Source: a virus
Lineage: Duplodnaviria > Heunggongvirae > Uroviricota > Caudoviricetes
IMG/VR virus record: IMGVR_UViG_3300044614_000224
Location: 1-14,838 of that record
Length of the DNA: 14,838 nucleotides
Direction: 5' to 3' (one strand)
The notes under the pieces were generated by a model. The model did no database searches. It was not told the origin of the DNA and was given only the letters and a program-made list of their open reading frames with translations. Within the stretch, counting starts at the first letter, position 1, and each line of letters begins with the position of its first letter. Shown here piece after piece: positions 1 through 7,787 of the stretch. Made by a program: the position numbers and the translations under genes.

Positions 1-3000
1 CCTACAAAAGAATAATCTCCTGAAGCAACATTATTTACACCTGTTCCTATAAAAGATACGTTACCATTTGCTGTATTTGCACCACCATTACCTATGAAAG
101 CATAATAAGTACCACTTGCTGTGTTATTAGCTCCTCCAACTACTACATTATAAGAAGTACCGCCAATTGTATTACCATAACCTGCTAAATTACCTGTATA
201 AGAACCTGTTGCGCTATTACTTACTCCACATCTAACAGAAGAACAAGCTCCTGCTCCAAGTATAACCACAGCACTAGAACCAATATCTCTACCAGAGCTA
301 CCTGAGCTACCACTTGTACCTGACGTACCACTGGTGCCAGAAGTTCCACTTGTGCCTGAACTACCACTGGTTCCTGTTGTACCACTAGACCCACTAGAGC
401 CTGTTGTACCAGAGGTTCCTGTTGTACCAGACGTACCACTTGTAGCTGATGTACCACTAGAGCCTGAAGTACCTGTGGTACCTGATGTACCACCTGTACC
501 ATTGGTTCCACTTGTACCACTTGTTCCTGAAGAACCAGCTGTACCTGAGGTGCCATTAGATCCATTAATACCAGATGTTCCTGAGGATCCTGTAGTACCT
601 GAGGTTCCATTTGTGCCATTGATGCCACTGCTGCCAGAAGAACCTGATGTTCCAGTGGTTCCTGAAGTACCACTTGTACCACCTGTTCCATTAGTACCAG
701 ACGTACCACTAGAACCTGCTGAGCCACTAGAGCCAGAAGTTCCTGTTGTGCCACTTGTTCCACTTGTTGCAGAAGTACCACTTGATCCACTAGTACCTGT
801 AGTTCCACTAGAACCTGAAGAGCCTGAGGTACCACTAGTACCACTTGATCCTCCTGTTCCATTAGTTCCACTAGATCCTGAAGTTCCTGAAGACCCACTA
901 GTTCCAGTAGTTCCAGAAGTACCAGTTGTACCACTAGATCCACTTACACCACTGCTTCCACTGGTTCCTGAAGACCCACTAGTGCCAGATGTGCCACTAG
1001 TTCCTCCAACACCTGATGTACCTGAAGATCCAGAGGTACCACTAGGAGGAGTGAATGTGGTTTGTGCGTATGAATAATTACTTGTTCCTTCTGTATAGAA
1101 TGTAATGCTTTGACTTCCTGCACCTGTATGCTCTACATAGATTTGACAGTAAAGTCTATCTGTAGATAACATTGCAGTTTGAGGTAAGAATAGATCTATG
1201 AAAAACTCTTTAATAATACCACTTAACATTGATTCAGTATCAATGTTAGTTGTTCCAAGAAGTGTTGCACTTCCACCTGTAGAGTTACATTTGTAAAACT
1301 CTACATCCACCTTCATATTAACATTAGCGTTGATAGAGAAGTGTGTTACCCAAGCCCAAAGTCCTGAAGGTATACTTGTTATACCTGGAACATTTGAATC
1401 TGTAGCATATGTAGCAAAGAGAGTTCTTGTGCTACCTGCAATACTTGCTGTTACAGTTTGTTCTGCAGTGCCTGTTCCAATTGGAGACCACTGCTTATAT
1501 GTAGGACTGCCAAAAGCAGAACTTGTATTTAATGATTGATTTAGATAGTAGACAAGTCCTCCTGATACACCATTTATACCTGATGTACCTGCTGTTCCAC
1601 TTGTGCCACTTGTTCCAGTGGTACCTGAAGAACCTGAACTTCCACTACTTCCTGAAGATCCAGACGTACCTGTAGTACCACTAGTTCCTGTGGTTCCACT
1701 AGATCCTGATGTCCCACTAGTTCCACTAGTACCTCCAGTACCATTTGTACCAGATGTTCCTGAACTTCCTGAAGATCCACTAGACCCACTTGTACCTGTG
1801 GTGCCTGATGTACCAGCACTACCACTAGTTCCACTTGATCCGCTAGTTCCTGTTGTACCTGAAGAGCCTGAAGAACCTGTTGTTCCTGATGTACCAGAAG
1901 TACCTCCTGTACCATCAGTTGCACTAGTCCCACTAGTTCCACTGGTGCCACTAGTACCAGATGTACCAGATGTTCCACCAGAACCATCAGTACCTGAAGA
2001 TCCACTTGTTCCTGTAGTACCTGACGTACCTGTGGTTCCAGATGATCCACTAGTACCAGTTGTTCCAGAGGTTCCCCCTGTTCCATCTGTACCACTAGTT
2101 CCAGACGTACCTGTTGTACCTGCTGTACCACTTGATCCTGAAGTTCCAGAACTGCCACTAGTACCTGTAGTACCTGAAGTGCCACTGGTACCTGCTGTAC
2201 CTGATGTACCTGTTGTACCAGCAGTTCCTGAACTGCCAGATGTGCCAGAGCTACCTGAAGTTCCTGTAGTTCCGCTTGTACCAGATGTGCCATCTGTACC
2301 TGAGGTACCTGATGTAGCACTTGTACCTGATGAACCTGAGCTTCCAGAAGTGCCTGCTGTACCGCTAGTTCCAGTTGTTCCTGATGTACCGCTAGTACCT
2401 GAAGTACCGCCAGTTCCATCAGTAGCTGAAGTTCCTGAGCTTCCTGAGGTACCAGTTGTTCCACTTGTACCGCTAGTGCCAGATGTTCCGCTTGTACCTG
2501 CAGTACCAGAGGTACCAGCTGTAGCTGTGAAGTTACCTAAGGTACCATCACCTCTTATATATTGAGCTATTGATCCTGTTGCTATAACATTTATAGTTCC
2601 AAAAGAAGTTATAGGAGGTGTTGTGATTTGAAATGCTTGAGGCATAGCAAGTTGTACACTTGTCACAGTGCCTACAGACCAGTTTCTATTTGCTGATAAG
2701 TCATATGTTACACCATTAATACCCAACGTTCTGCTTGTAGGAACTGGTACATACCCTAATGCAGATACAATATCTCCTTGTGTAACAGGAGCAGCAGAGG
2801 TCACAAGACCTTTACCATTTACAGCAAACTTAAGGAATGTGTTACTTCCATATACATTAGAATTAACTGTATCTAATGTTAGTGTAACTGGAGATCCAGT
2901 GAACCCAGATCCACTTACATCGCCTGTAAAACTTAATGATTGAGATGGATAGTTGATTGGTACAGGAGTAACGTTTGTAATCCTACCCTTACCATCCACT

Positions 3001-3500
3001 GTAATACTAGGAACACTTCCTGAATTACCATATGTTCCAGGTGCACCAAATACTGTTGCTAGTGTAGCAGTTACAGAACCTGGTCCGTTAGCTGTTACAT
3101 CACCTGTTAAATTTGAAATATAATTGCCTGCTGGCTGATAGCTAGTTGGATCTAAGCTACCATCACCCTTTACAAAATCTGTTGATAAACCACCTGTGGT
3201 GATGAGAGCAGATGCTTCCAATGTACCAGCAAATGCAAGATTGTATGACCCACCAATTGTAGTGTTTTGAATCAATGCTCCACCCAACATAACTGCACCA
3301 CCAGGAGTCAGTTGTTCAATACCATTCGTAAATATATAACCTAAACCAGCGTCTTGAAACTTTTGATCTATTTTCTGTAGAGCAGTCTGAAGATTGTCAT
3401 TAGTATTAATACCTGTATACACCAAAGTGTTACCCTCGTAGAATACGCAGGTAGCATTTAGTATAATCGGGCACGGTTCAGCTGAACAAGTAATGTCCAT
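1..3500 (-). CDS. Large modular tail fibre / collagen-like structural protein (>1166 aa, 3' end runs off the window)
   Basis: Hand translation from ATG at 3500-3498: MDITCSAEPCPIILNATCVFYEGNTLVYTGINTNDNLQTALQKIDQKF..., then fibre modules, a (GTS)n block, a globular domain, a second (GTS)n block and N-x-A-S-G-x-Y-S-F repeats. Non-repeat parts were read codon by codon and repeat blocks were checked via the antisense ORF translations. No stop found in this frame down to position 3. Confidence 0.85.
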   Translation of the reverse strand, partial: MDITCSAEPCPIILNATCVFYEGNTLVYTGINTNDNLQTALQKIDQKFQDAGLGYIFTNGIEQLTPGGAVMLGGALIQNTTIGGSYNLAFAGTLEASALITTGGLSTDFVKGDGSLDPTSYQPAGNYISNLTGDVTANGPGSVTATLATVFGAPGTYGNSGSVPSITVDGKGRITNVTPVPINYPSQSLSFTGDVSGSGFTGSPVTLTLDTVNSNVYGSNTFLKFAVNGKGLVTSAAPVTQGDIVSALGYVPVPTSRTLGINGVTYDLSANRNWSVGTVTSVQLAMPQAFQITTPPITSFGTINVIATGSIAQYIRGDGTLGNFTATAGTSGTAGTSGTSGTSGTSGTTGTSGSSGTSATDGTGGTSGTSGTSGTTGTSGTAGTSGSSGSSGTSATSGTSGTDGTSGTSGTTGTSGSSGTSGSSGTAGTTGTSGTAGTSGTSGTTGTSGSSGTSGSSGTAGTTGTSGTSGTDGTGGTSGTTGTSGSSGTTGTSGTTGTSGSSGTDGSGGTSGTSGTSGTSGTSGTSATDGTGGTSGTSGTTGSSGSSGTTGTSGSSGTSGSAGTSGTTGTSGSSGSSGSSGTSGTNGTGGTSGTSGTSGSSGTTGTSGTTGTSGSSGSSGSSGSSGTTGTSGTSGTAGTSGINGVSGGLVYYLNQSLNTSSAFGSPTYKQWSPIGTGTAEQTVTASIAGSTRTLFATYATDSNVPGITSIPSGLWAWVTHFSINANVNMKVDVEFYKCNSTGGSATLLGTTNIDTESMLSGIIKEFFIDLFLPQTAMLSTDRLYCQIYVEHTGAGSQSITFYTEGTSNYSYAQTTFTPPSGTSGSSGTSGVGGTSGTSGTSGSSGTSGSSGVSGSSGTTGTSGTTGTSGSSGTSGSSGTNGTGGSSGTSGTSGSSGSSGTTGTSGSSGTSATSGTSGTTGTSGSSGSAGSSGTSGTNGTGGTSGTSGTTGTSGSSGSSGINGTNGTSGTTGSSGTSGINGSNGTSGTAGSSGTSGTSGTNGTGGTSGTTGTSGSSGTSATSGTSGTTGTSGTTGSSGSSGTTGTSGSSGTSGTSGTSGTSGTSGSSGSSGRDIGSSAVVILGAGACSSVRCGVSNSATGSYTGNLAGYGNTIGGTSYNVVVGGANNTASGTYYAFIGNGGANTANGNVSFIGTGVNNVASGDYSFV
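3..218 (-). repeat. ~15-aa beta-roll / YadA-head-like repeats within the fibre gene
   Basis: NSATGSYTGNLAGYG / NTIGGTSYNVVVGGAN / NTASGTYYAFIGNGGA / NTANGNVSFIGTGVN / NVASGDYSFV..., continuing past the window edge. Confidence 0.75.
285..1040 (-). repeat. Gly-X-Y collagen-like block 2 (84 triplets, mostly GTS/GSS/GTT)
   Basis: 9-nt periodicity; Gly in register from 1038-1040 to 291-293; two Gly->Ala substitutions (768-770, 444-446). The antisense shadow reads (PLV/PEV)n. Confidence 0.95.
1041..1562 (-). other. ~174-aa globular, probably beta-sandwich domain between the two collagen-like blocks
   Basis: GGLVYYLNQSLNTSSAFGSPTYKQWSPIG...IPSGLWAWVTHFSINANVNMKVDVEFYKC...LSTDRLYCQIYVEHTGAGSQSITFYTEGTSNYSYAQTTFTPPS; alternating hydrophobic beta-strand pattern, rich in aromatic residues. 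Confidence 0.7.
1563..2516 (-). repeat. Gly-X-Y collagen-like block 1 (106 triplets, mostly GTS/GSS/GTT/GTA)
   Basis: Gly in register from 2514-2516 to 1569-1571; three Gly->Ala substitutions (2424-2426, 2316-2318, 1920-1922); no proline seen. Confidence 0.95.
2784..3119 (-). repeat. Tandem duplicated ~52-aa fibre module
   Basis: ISNLTGDVTANGPGSVTATLATVFGAPGTYGNSGSVPSITVDGKGRITNVTPVPI (3119-2955) versus LSFTGDVSGSGFTGSPVTLTLDTVNSNVYGSNTFLKFAVNGKGLVTSAAPV (2936-2784); shared pattern TGDV..G....T.TL.TV...YG......V.GKG..T...PV. Confidence 0.75.
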
Positions 3501-3524
3501 ATTAATAGATTAGAAGTGTATTGT

Positions 3525-3561
3525 AAATATAACAAAGCGAATGTGCATGGAACACATTCGC
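3525..3561 (-). terminator. Putative intrinsic terminator hairpin (or palindromic operator)
   Basis: Minus strand GCGAATGTG-ttccatg-CACATTCGC, a perfect 9-bp stem (3561-3553 / 3545-3537), followed by TTTGTTATATTT; 73 nt downstream of the 3635 stop codon. Confidence 0.6.
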
Positions 3562-3589
3562 AAAGTTAATGAATATAGTTTATTTTCAA
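3561..3589 (-). promoter_or_regulatory. Putative Bacteroidota housekeeping-sigma promoter for the fibre gene
   Basis: Minus strand TTG (3589-3587)-N18-TAACTTTG (3568-3561). The -7 element matches TAnnTTTG exactly; the spacer is slightly shorter than the usual ~19-21 nt; 60 nt upstream of the ATG. Confidence 0.55.
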
Positions 3590-3634
3590 TGAGTTACGAT
3601 GAAGAATGCCACATAATATAGCAATAATTCACCA

Positions 3635-6600
3635 TTATTGTCTGCGTGATTCAGCACTAACCCTGATACCTAACTCTTTAGCTAACTCTGGGTCAACTAT
3701 TGGTAGGATTTCGCTCTGGAACTGAGATGCAATAGGTATCATATCAAGGAAAGATTTAATAGGATGACCCTTTTTAACAAGATCTTCATCCTCTGTAATA
3801 GTTCCAGCTGACTCTTTAAGTAGGGCTTCTAGGAATCTTTCACCCTTGGTTAATAGACTAAGAGATGGTAGAACACTTCCCTTGGTCATGCCCTCAAAGG
3901 ACATAGGATTATAGTAGAATAGAATTTCATCTGCTATCTTATTACTAGCCTTAGCCCAGAACTTATATCTATTTTGAGCCAATAAGTCTTCCTCATCATC
4001 AGGAACAGCAGCTCTAGCAGCAAGTAATAAACCAAGTACACCAACCACTACACCTAGTTCTTTCATTTGATTTGATAGTTCTTTTCTCATCAAATCATAG
4101 AACTCCTCGTTAGTAATCTCTAATACCTGACCTGTCTTTCTAAGATGCTCTTGTCTTTTATCTTCTAATATCTCATCCATGATAGCAAGCCCTTCAGCTG
4201 TACCAGCCATGATATCTCTCATCTTTGTGATGTTTCTAAAACCTAGGTTAACTAAAGTTTTCAAAAACACCCTTGATCTACCGTATTCCCACTCATCAAG
4301 TTCCATGTTCTTTTGGATATCCAGGGTACGAATACTCACTTGTTTAGGTATCCAGTTCTTGAACATCATAAAAGACTTAAGGATTGTATCTCTTCTATAA
4401 GCAGCCTTGTTATCTTGGTTCATTTGACCATTGATGTTTCTACCGTATTCAATAATCTTTACACGGTATTTAGCAAGCTCTTGATCACTTACACCAGGGA
4501 TAACTAGTTCATCGTTCTCAATCTTAGCCACCTTAGGTAGAGACCTAGTTTCTCTTAACTTTGTCACTCTATCTTCAAATGACTTTTCAAGAGCTCTTCT
4601 TTCATTATCTGACATTGTTAATTTGCCAGACTTATCTTTTGCATATTTAGTCTTTCTATCTTCAGCTCTTAGGTATTGTCTAATATTCACTAGCTTACCA
4701 TTCTCCACCATAGTGTTATCATTGAATGACTTAGCATTAGAATATTGTATTAGTTTTTCAGGTGCTGAGTTTGTAATCATCATTACATCAGTGAAGTTCC
4801 AAGCACTCAAGGTTTTCATAAGTCCTTGTTTTCTAGCAAGTTCCTTTTGTTTCTCAACAGCAACATCTTCATTTAATGGAACAATTAAGTTCATTAACCC
4901 TTTATCTATTGTAGTGAGGTTTGTATTTGATACAATAGATAGGTGGTTCTTTTCAAAGTTCTTGAAGTTGTAAAACCCTCCAGCATTAATGTATGCTTGG
5001 AAATGGTTACCAACATAGTTTGGAATAGCTACTAACGCTTTTAAACCTACAGCTAAACTTTGTGTAAGACCATTGGCATTATTAAATAGCTTCTTAACAG
5101 AAACAGTTTTTCTTTCTGCTTCTTCTTCTCCTTTACTAAGTTTTTCACTTACAGCAGATATACCAATGTTACCAATAGATGTAAGGTCTTCGTTCAATCC
5201 ATATAATGCATCATCTATGATTGTTTGTAATACATCAGCGTTCTTGTTAGAGCTTTCATCTATCTTAGGAGAACCAGCCTCAAATACAATCTTCTGTTCA
5301 GAATCAACAATAATACTTCCTTTAGACTTCTCTACAGAGTGCATGGTTAATAACATGTCCTCCATATCCTTAGCGGATTGGTATTCTAGTAAAGCCTTAA
5401 TCCATAATGGACCAATCTTAGTTAGATCTCTGGATAGTTGAGTTACATCCTTATTTGTCTTAGTAAAGAACTTAGGAACTTCCTTCTTAAGTTTGTTTGT
5501 CTCAGGATCTATTCTTGAATAGCTTTGACCTTCAGTTTCTTTTACAGTGTAAATATCTCTAAAGAAGTCTTTGCCCTGACCAACTATGCTGTTAGTTTGA
5601 GCTAGCTTATCCATCATTGTAGCTTCAACTAATGGGAAGAATGACATTCCCTTCTTAGCCAAATAGCCCATCTGCTTACCCTTCTGATTAAGTTCTGTAA
5701 AGAAGTTCCACATATCTAATGCAGCCTTGTTCTTTGACATCTCCTTATACTCCTTAGATAAGTGCTCATCTTCTTTTAACACCTTACTATAGATGCTAGA
5801 GAAGGCATATCCTTCATAGCCATCAAATGATTTTAAGTTGATGTCTATAGAGTCTCTTAGTTTTTTCTTTCTATATTGTTTAATAGAATCATCCATCTCC
5901 TCATCTGTAGAGAATAATGTACTATCTATTTCTTCTTCACCTTTCTTAATGGCTGCTTTAGCAAGTTCATTAAACTTTGCTACATCCATATTCTCTATTA
6001 AGAAATCTTTATTCTTACTAGACTTAGCTTTAGATAGTTCATTCCAGAACTCTTTATCGATCTTCTTGATTAAAGAAAGCGTATCACCATCTACGTAACC
6101 AATTAGATCAAATGCAGACTTACCTGTTCTAGAAGCTTCTTTCTCTAGCTCTAATAACAATGGTTCAAATGTCTTAACCATCTTAGATGTCTGGATAGCT
6201 ACACCACTCTTAGCATTTAGAATAGCATTTGAAGCTAGTCTAATAATCCTAGGAGAAAGCTTACTTCCTTCTAAGAATGTCTTTGCTAAAAATCCAATCT
6301 CTAATTCAGGATTTAATATTGTTTTTGCCTTATCTTTTGTAACAGCTCCTTCTTTCAATGCATATTGTACAACAAAGTTTTTTTGTAACTCACTGATTTT
6401 CAACAACATTGCATCTGTAGACTTAGATACATCTTTCAATGAACTAAGTATCTTCTGCTCCTCAATAGTCATATCTTCTTTAGAGACTTGAGATAGATAT
6501 ACACTATCTACTTTAGAAAACTTCTCAGCACTCTTCTGAAGCTGAATAAGTTGTCCTAGTCTCTCAGCTATTTCATTTTGCTCTAGCTTTGAATAGTCAA

Positions 6601-7786
6601 TAGCTTCAAATGAATCTAATGTTTTCTTTGCATCCACTAGGAAGTTCTTACCAACAATAGACAATGGAGCAAAGTCCTGCTTCATGTGTAAGTAACGAAT
6701 AGCTTTAGCTAACTGATTGAGTTTTAACTTCTTAGCTAAGTATTCCTCTTCAGTGCGTGGTTTTTTGTATAGCTTCTCCCATTGAGTTCTAAGAGATTTA
6801 ACTAACTCATCCACCTTCTTATTACCTGTTGTTTCTGTATCTAATGCTACAGGGAGTAAATAGAGTTTGGTTTCTTTTAGGTTATCCACCTTACCAATCT
6901 CTAATGATTTGAGAATCAATGGACTCTTCTTATCTCCTCTCACCTTATTCTCATAGTTAGCATAGAATGGAATCATTCTTGCTTTTCTTAATTGCTCAGG
7001 CTTAAGACCATAGCTGTAAAGCATCTTTGAGTATTCACCCATCTGAGCTTTCCATTCTGTTTGCTTATAGAAAGGAATATCTTCGTTAGTAGATTTGTTG
7101 AAGTTGGTAAACTTCCAGTCAAATATATCTACTCTCATATCCCTAGTACCATCAGCTTTTCTAATAGGCTCAACAATAATCAAGTCCATTGTAGAAGATA
7201 TCATACCCTTTACAGATGTATTGGTACCTTTTCTTTCTACAAGGAATCTTGTTCCTGGAGGATATGATCTAACTAGTTCCTCTAGATAAGATCTTATTCC
7301 TGTTTGTATAGTGCTGTTTAATCTAGATGCTGTAGCAGTCTTTGTGAATACATCTTTAGCATAACCATCTTCATCAAGTAGGTCTGTCTTAAGTGTCACC
7401 TCAGCAAAAGCATGCCCATCAGATCCCCAGTCTTTCTTCTGTGTATCTTGACCTTGTTCAAACTCTGTACGCTCAGTGGTCTTTTGTTTAACCTTTTCAG
7501 TTACACTGCTTGCTACTCTCTTATTATCAAAACCGTAATGTCTTTTATCAGTTTCAGTTGCAGGAATAAGAACAGTTCTATTATCCATATCAATAACTTT
7601 ATTTACAAAGTTATCAACAGTTTCATTAGGAACACGTCCTCCCTTCAAAGGATCAGTTGCTCCTGATAGTACATCAGCAGGAACTTCTCCTTCATATAAA
7701 TCCCATAGATAGTATGCTATATTTTCTCCTCTAGAGGCTACTAATTGTTTCCAGGAATCAAGATTTTCGTTTGGACAGCTTGCCAT
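3635..7786 (-). CDS. Large virion cargo/ejection-type protein with N-terminal PD-(D/E)XK nuclease-like domain (1383 aa)
   Basis: Full ORF, ATG to TAA. Nuclease-like motifs in aa ~80-280; long charged, apparently alpha-helical body; one hydrophobic segment LGVVVGVLGLLLAARAAV (4057-4004); immediately downstream of the virion-type RNAP. The ejection role is inferred from context. Confidence 0.7.
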   Translation of the reverse strand: MASCPNENLDSWKQLVASRGENIAYYLWDLYEGEVPADVLSGATDPLKGGRVPNETVDNFVNKVIDMDNRTVLIPATETDKRHYGFDNKRVASSVTEKVKQKTTERTEFEQGQDTQKKDWGSDGHAFAEVTLKTDLLDEDGYAKDVFTKTATASRLNSTIQTGIRSYLEELVRSYPPGTRFLVERKGTNTSVKGMISSTMDLIIVEPIRKADGTRDMRVDIFDWKFTNFNKSTNEDIPFYKQTEWKAQMGEYSKMLYSYGLKPEQLRKARMIPFYANYENKVRGDKKSPLILKSLEIGKVDNLKETKLYLLPVALDTETTGNKKVDELVKSLRTQWEKLYKKPRTEEEYLAKKLKLNQLAKAIRYLHMKQDFAPLSIVGKNFLVDAKKTLDSFEAIDYSKLEQNEIAERLGQLIQLQKSAEKFSKVDSVYLSQVSKEDMTIEEQKILSSLKDVSKSTDAMLLKISELQKNFVVQYALKEGAVTKDKAKTILNPELEIGFLAKTFLEGSKLSPRIIRLASNAILNAKSGVAIQTSKMVKTFEPLLLELEKEASRTGKSAFDLIGYVDGDTLSLIKKIDKEFWNELSKAKSSKNKDFLIENMDVAKFNELAKAAIKKGEEEIDSTLFSTDEEMDDSIKQYRKKKLRDSIDINLKSFDGYEGYAFSSIYSKVLKEDEHLSKEYKEMSKNKAALDMWNFFTELNQKGKQMGYLAKKGMSFFPLVEATMMDKLAQTNSIVGQGKDFFRDIYTVKETEGQSYSRIDPETNKLKKEVPKFFTKTNKDVTQLSRDLTKIGPLWIKALLEYQSAKDMEDMLLTMHSVEKSKGSIIVDSEQKIVFEAGSPKIDESSNKNADVLQTIIDDALYGLNEDLTSIGNIGISAVSEKLSKGEEEAERKTVSVKKLFNNANGLTQSLAVGLKALVAIPNYVGNHFQAYINAGGFYNFKNFEKNHLSIVSNTNLTTIDKGLMNLIVPLNEDVAVEKQKELARKQGLMKTLSAWNFTDVMMITNSAPEKLIQYSNAKSFNDNTMVENGKLVNIRQYLRAEDRKTKYAKDKSGKLTMSDNERRALEKSFEDRVTKLRETRSLPKVAKIENDELVIPGVSDQELAKYRVKIIEYGRNINGQMNQDNKAAYRRDTILKSFMMFKNWIPKQVSIRTLDIQKNMELDEWEYGRSRVFLKTLVNLGFRNITKMRDIMAGTAEGLAIMDEILEDKRQEHLRKTGQVLEITNEEFYDLMRKELSNQMKELGVVVGVLGLLLAARAAVPDDEEDLLAQNRYKFWAKASNKIADEILFYYNPMSFEGMTKGSVLPSLSLLTKGERFLEALLKESAGTITEDEDLVKKGHPIKSFLDMIPIASQFQSEILPIVDPELAKELGIRVSAESRRQ
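6947..7549 (-). other. PD-(D/E)XK (RecB/Cas4-like) nuclease domain
   Basis: HY...SVT (aa84-96), WGSDGHAFAE (aa120-129), FLVE (E184), STMDLIIV (D201, nt 7186-7184), VDIFDWK (D223-W-K225, nt 7120-7112), QMGEYSKML (Q248/Y252). Order and spacing fit the RecB-family fold. Confidence 0.75.
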
Positions 7787-7787
7787 G

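Noticed and set aside
334-1077. Plus-strand 247-aa (PLV/PEV)n ORF
   Set aside because: Antisense shadow of GTS block 2: its every-third Pro mirrors the GGN codons, and its extent matches the repeat.
221-2464. Minus-strand Q/V/L/E-rich ORFs 221..943 and 1574..2464
   Set aside because: Alternative frames of the same repeats that stay open because of codon composition; the true frame is 3500 to <1.
285-2516. CRISPR array or DGR-like repeat
   Set aside because: Periodicity is 9 nt and codon-driven; no constant repeat with unique spacers, no adenine-specific template/variable pair, no reverse transcriptase.
1603-2565. Plus-strand 320-aa (PLV/PDV)n ORF
   Set aside because: Antisense shadow of GTS block 1; no independent start signals or non-repeat domain.
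6947-7549. Cas4 / CRISPR adaptation gene
   Set aside because: The four Fe-S cysteines of Cas4 are absent (the protein has one Cys), and there are no cas genes or array; this is a generic PD-(D/E)XK domain.
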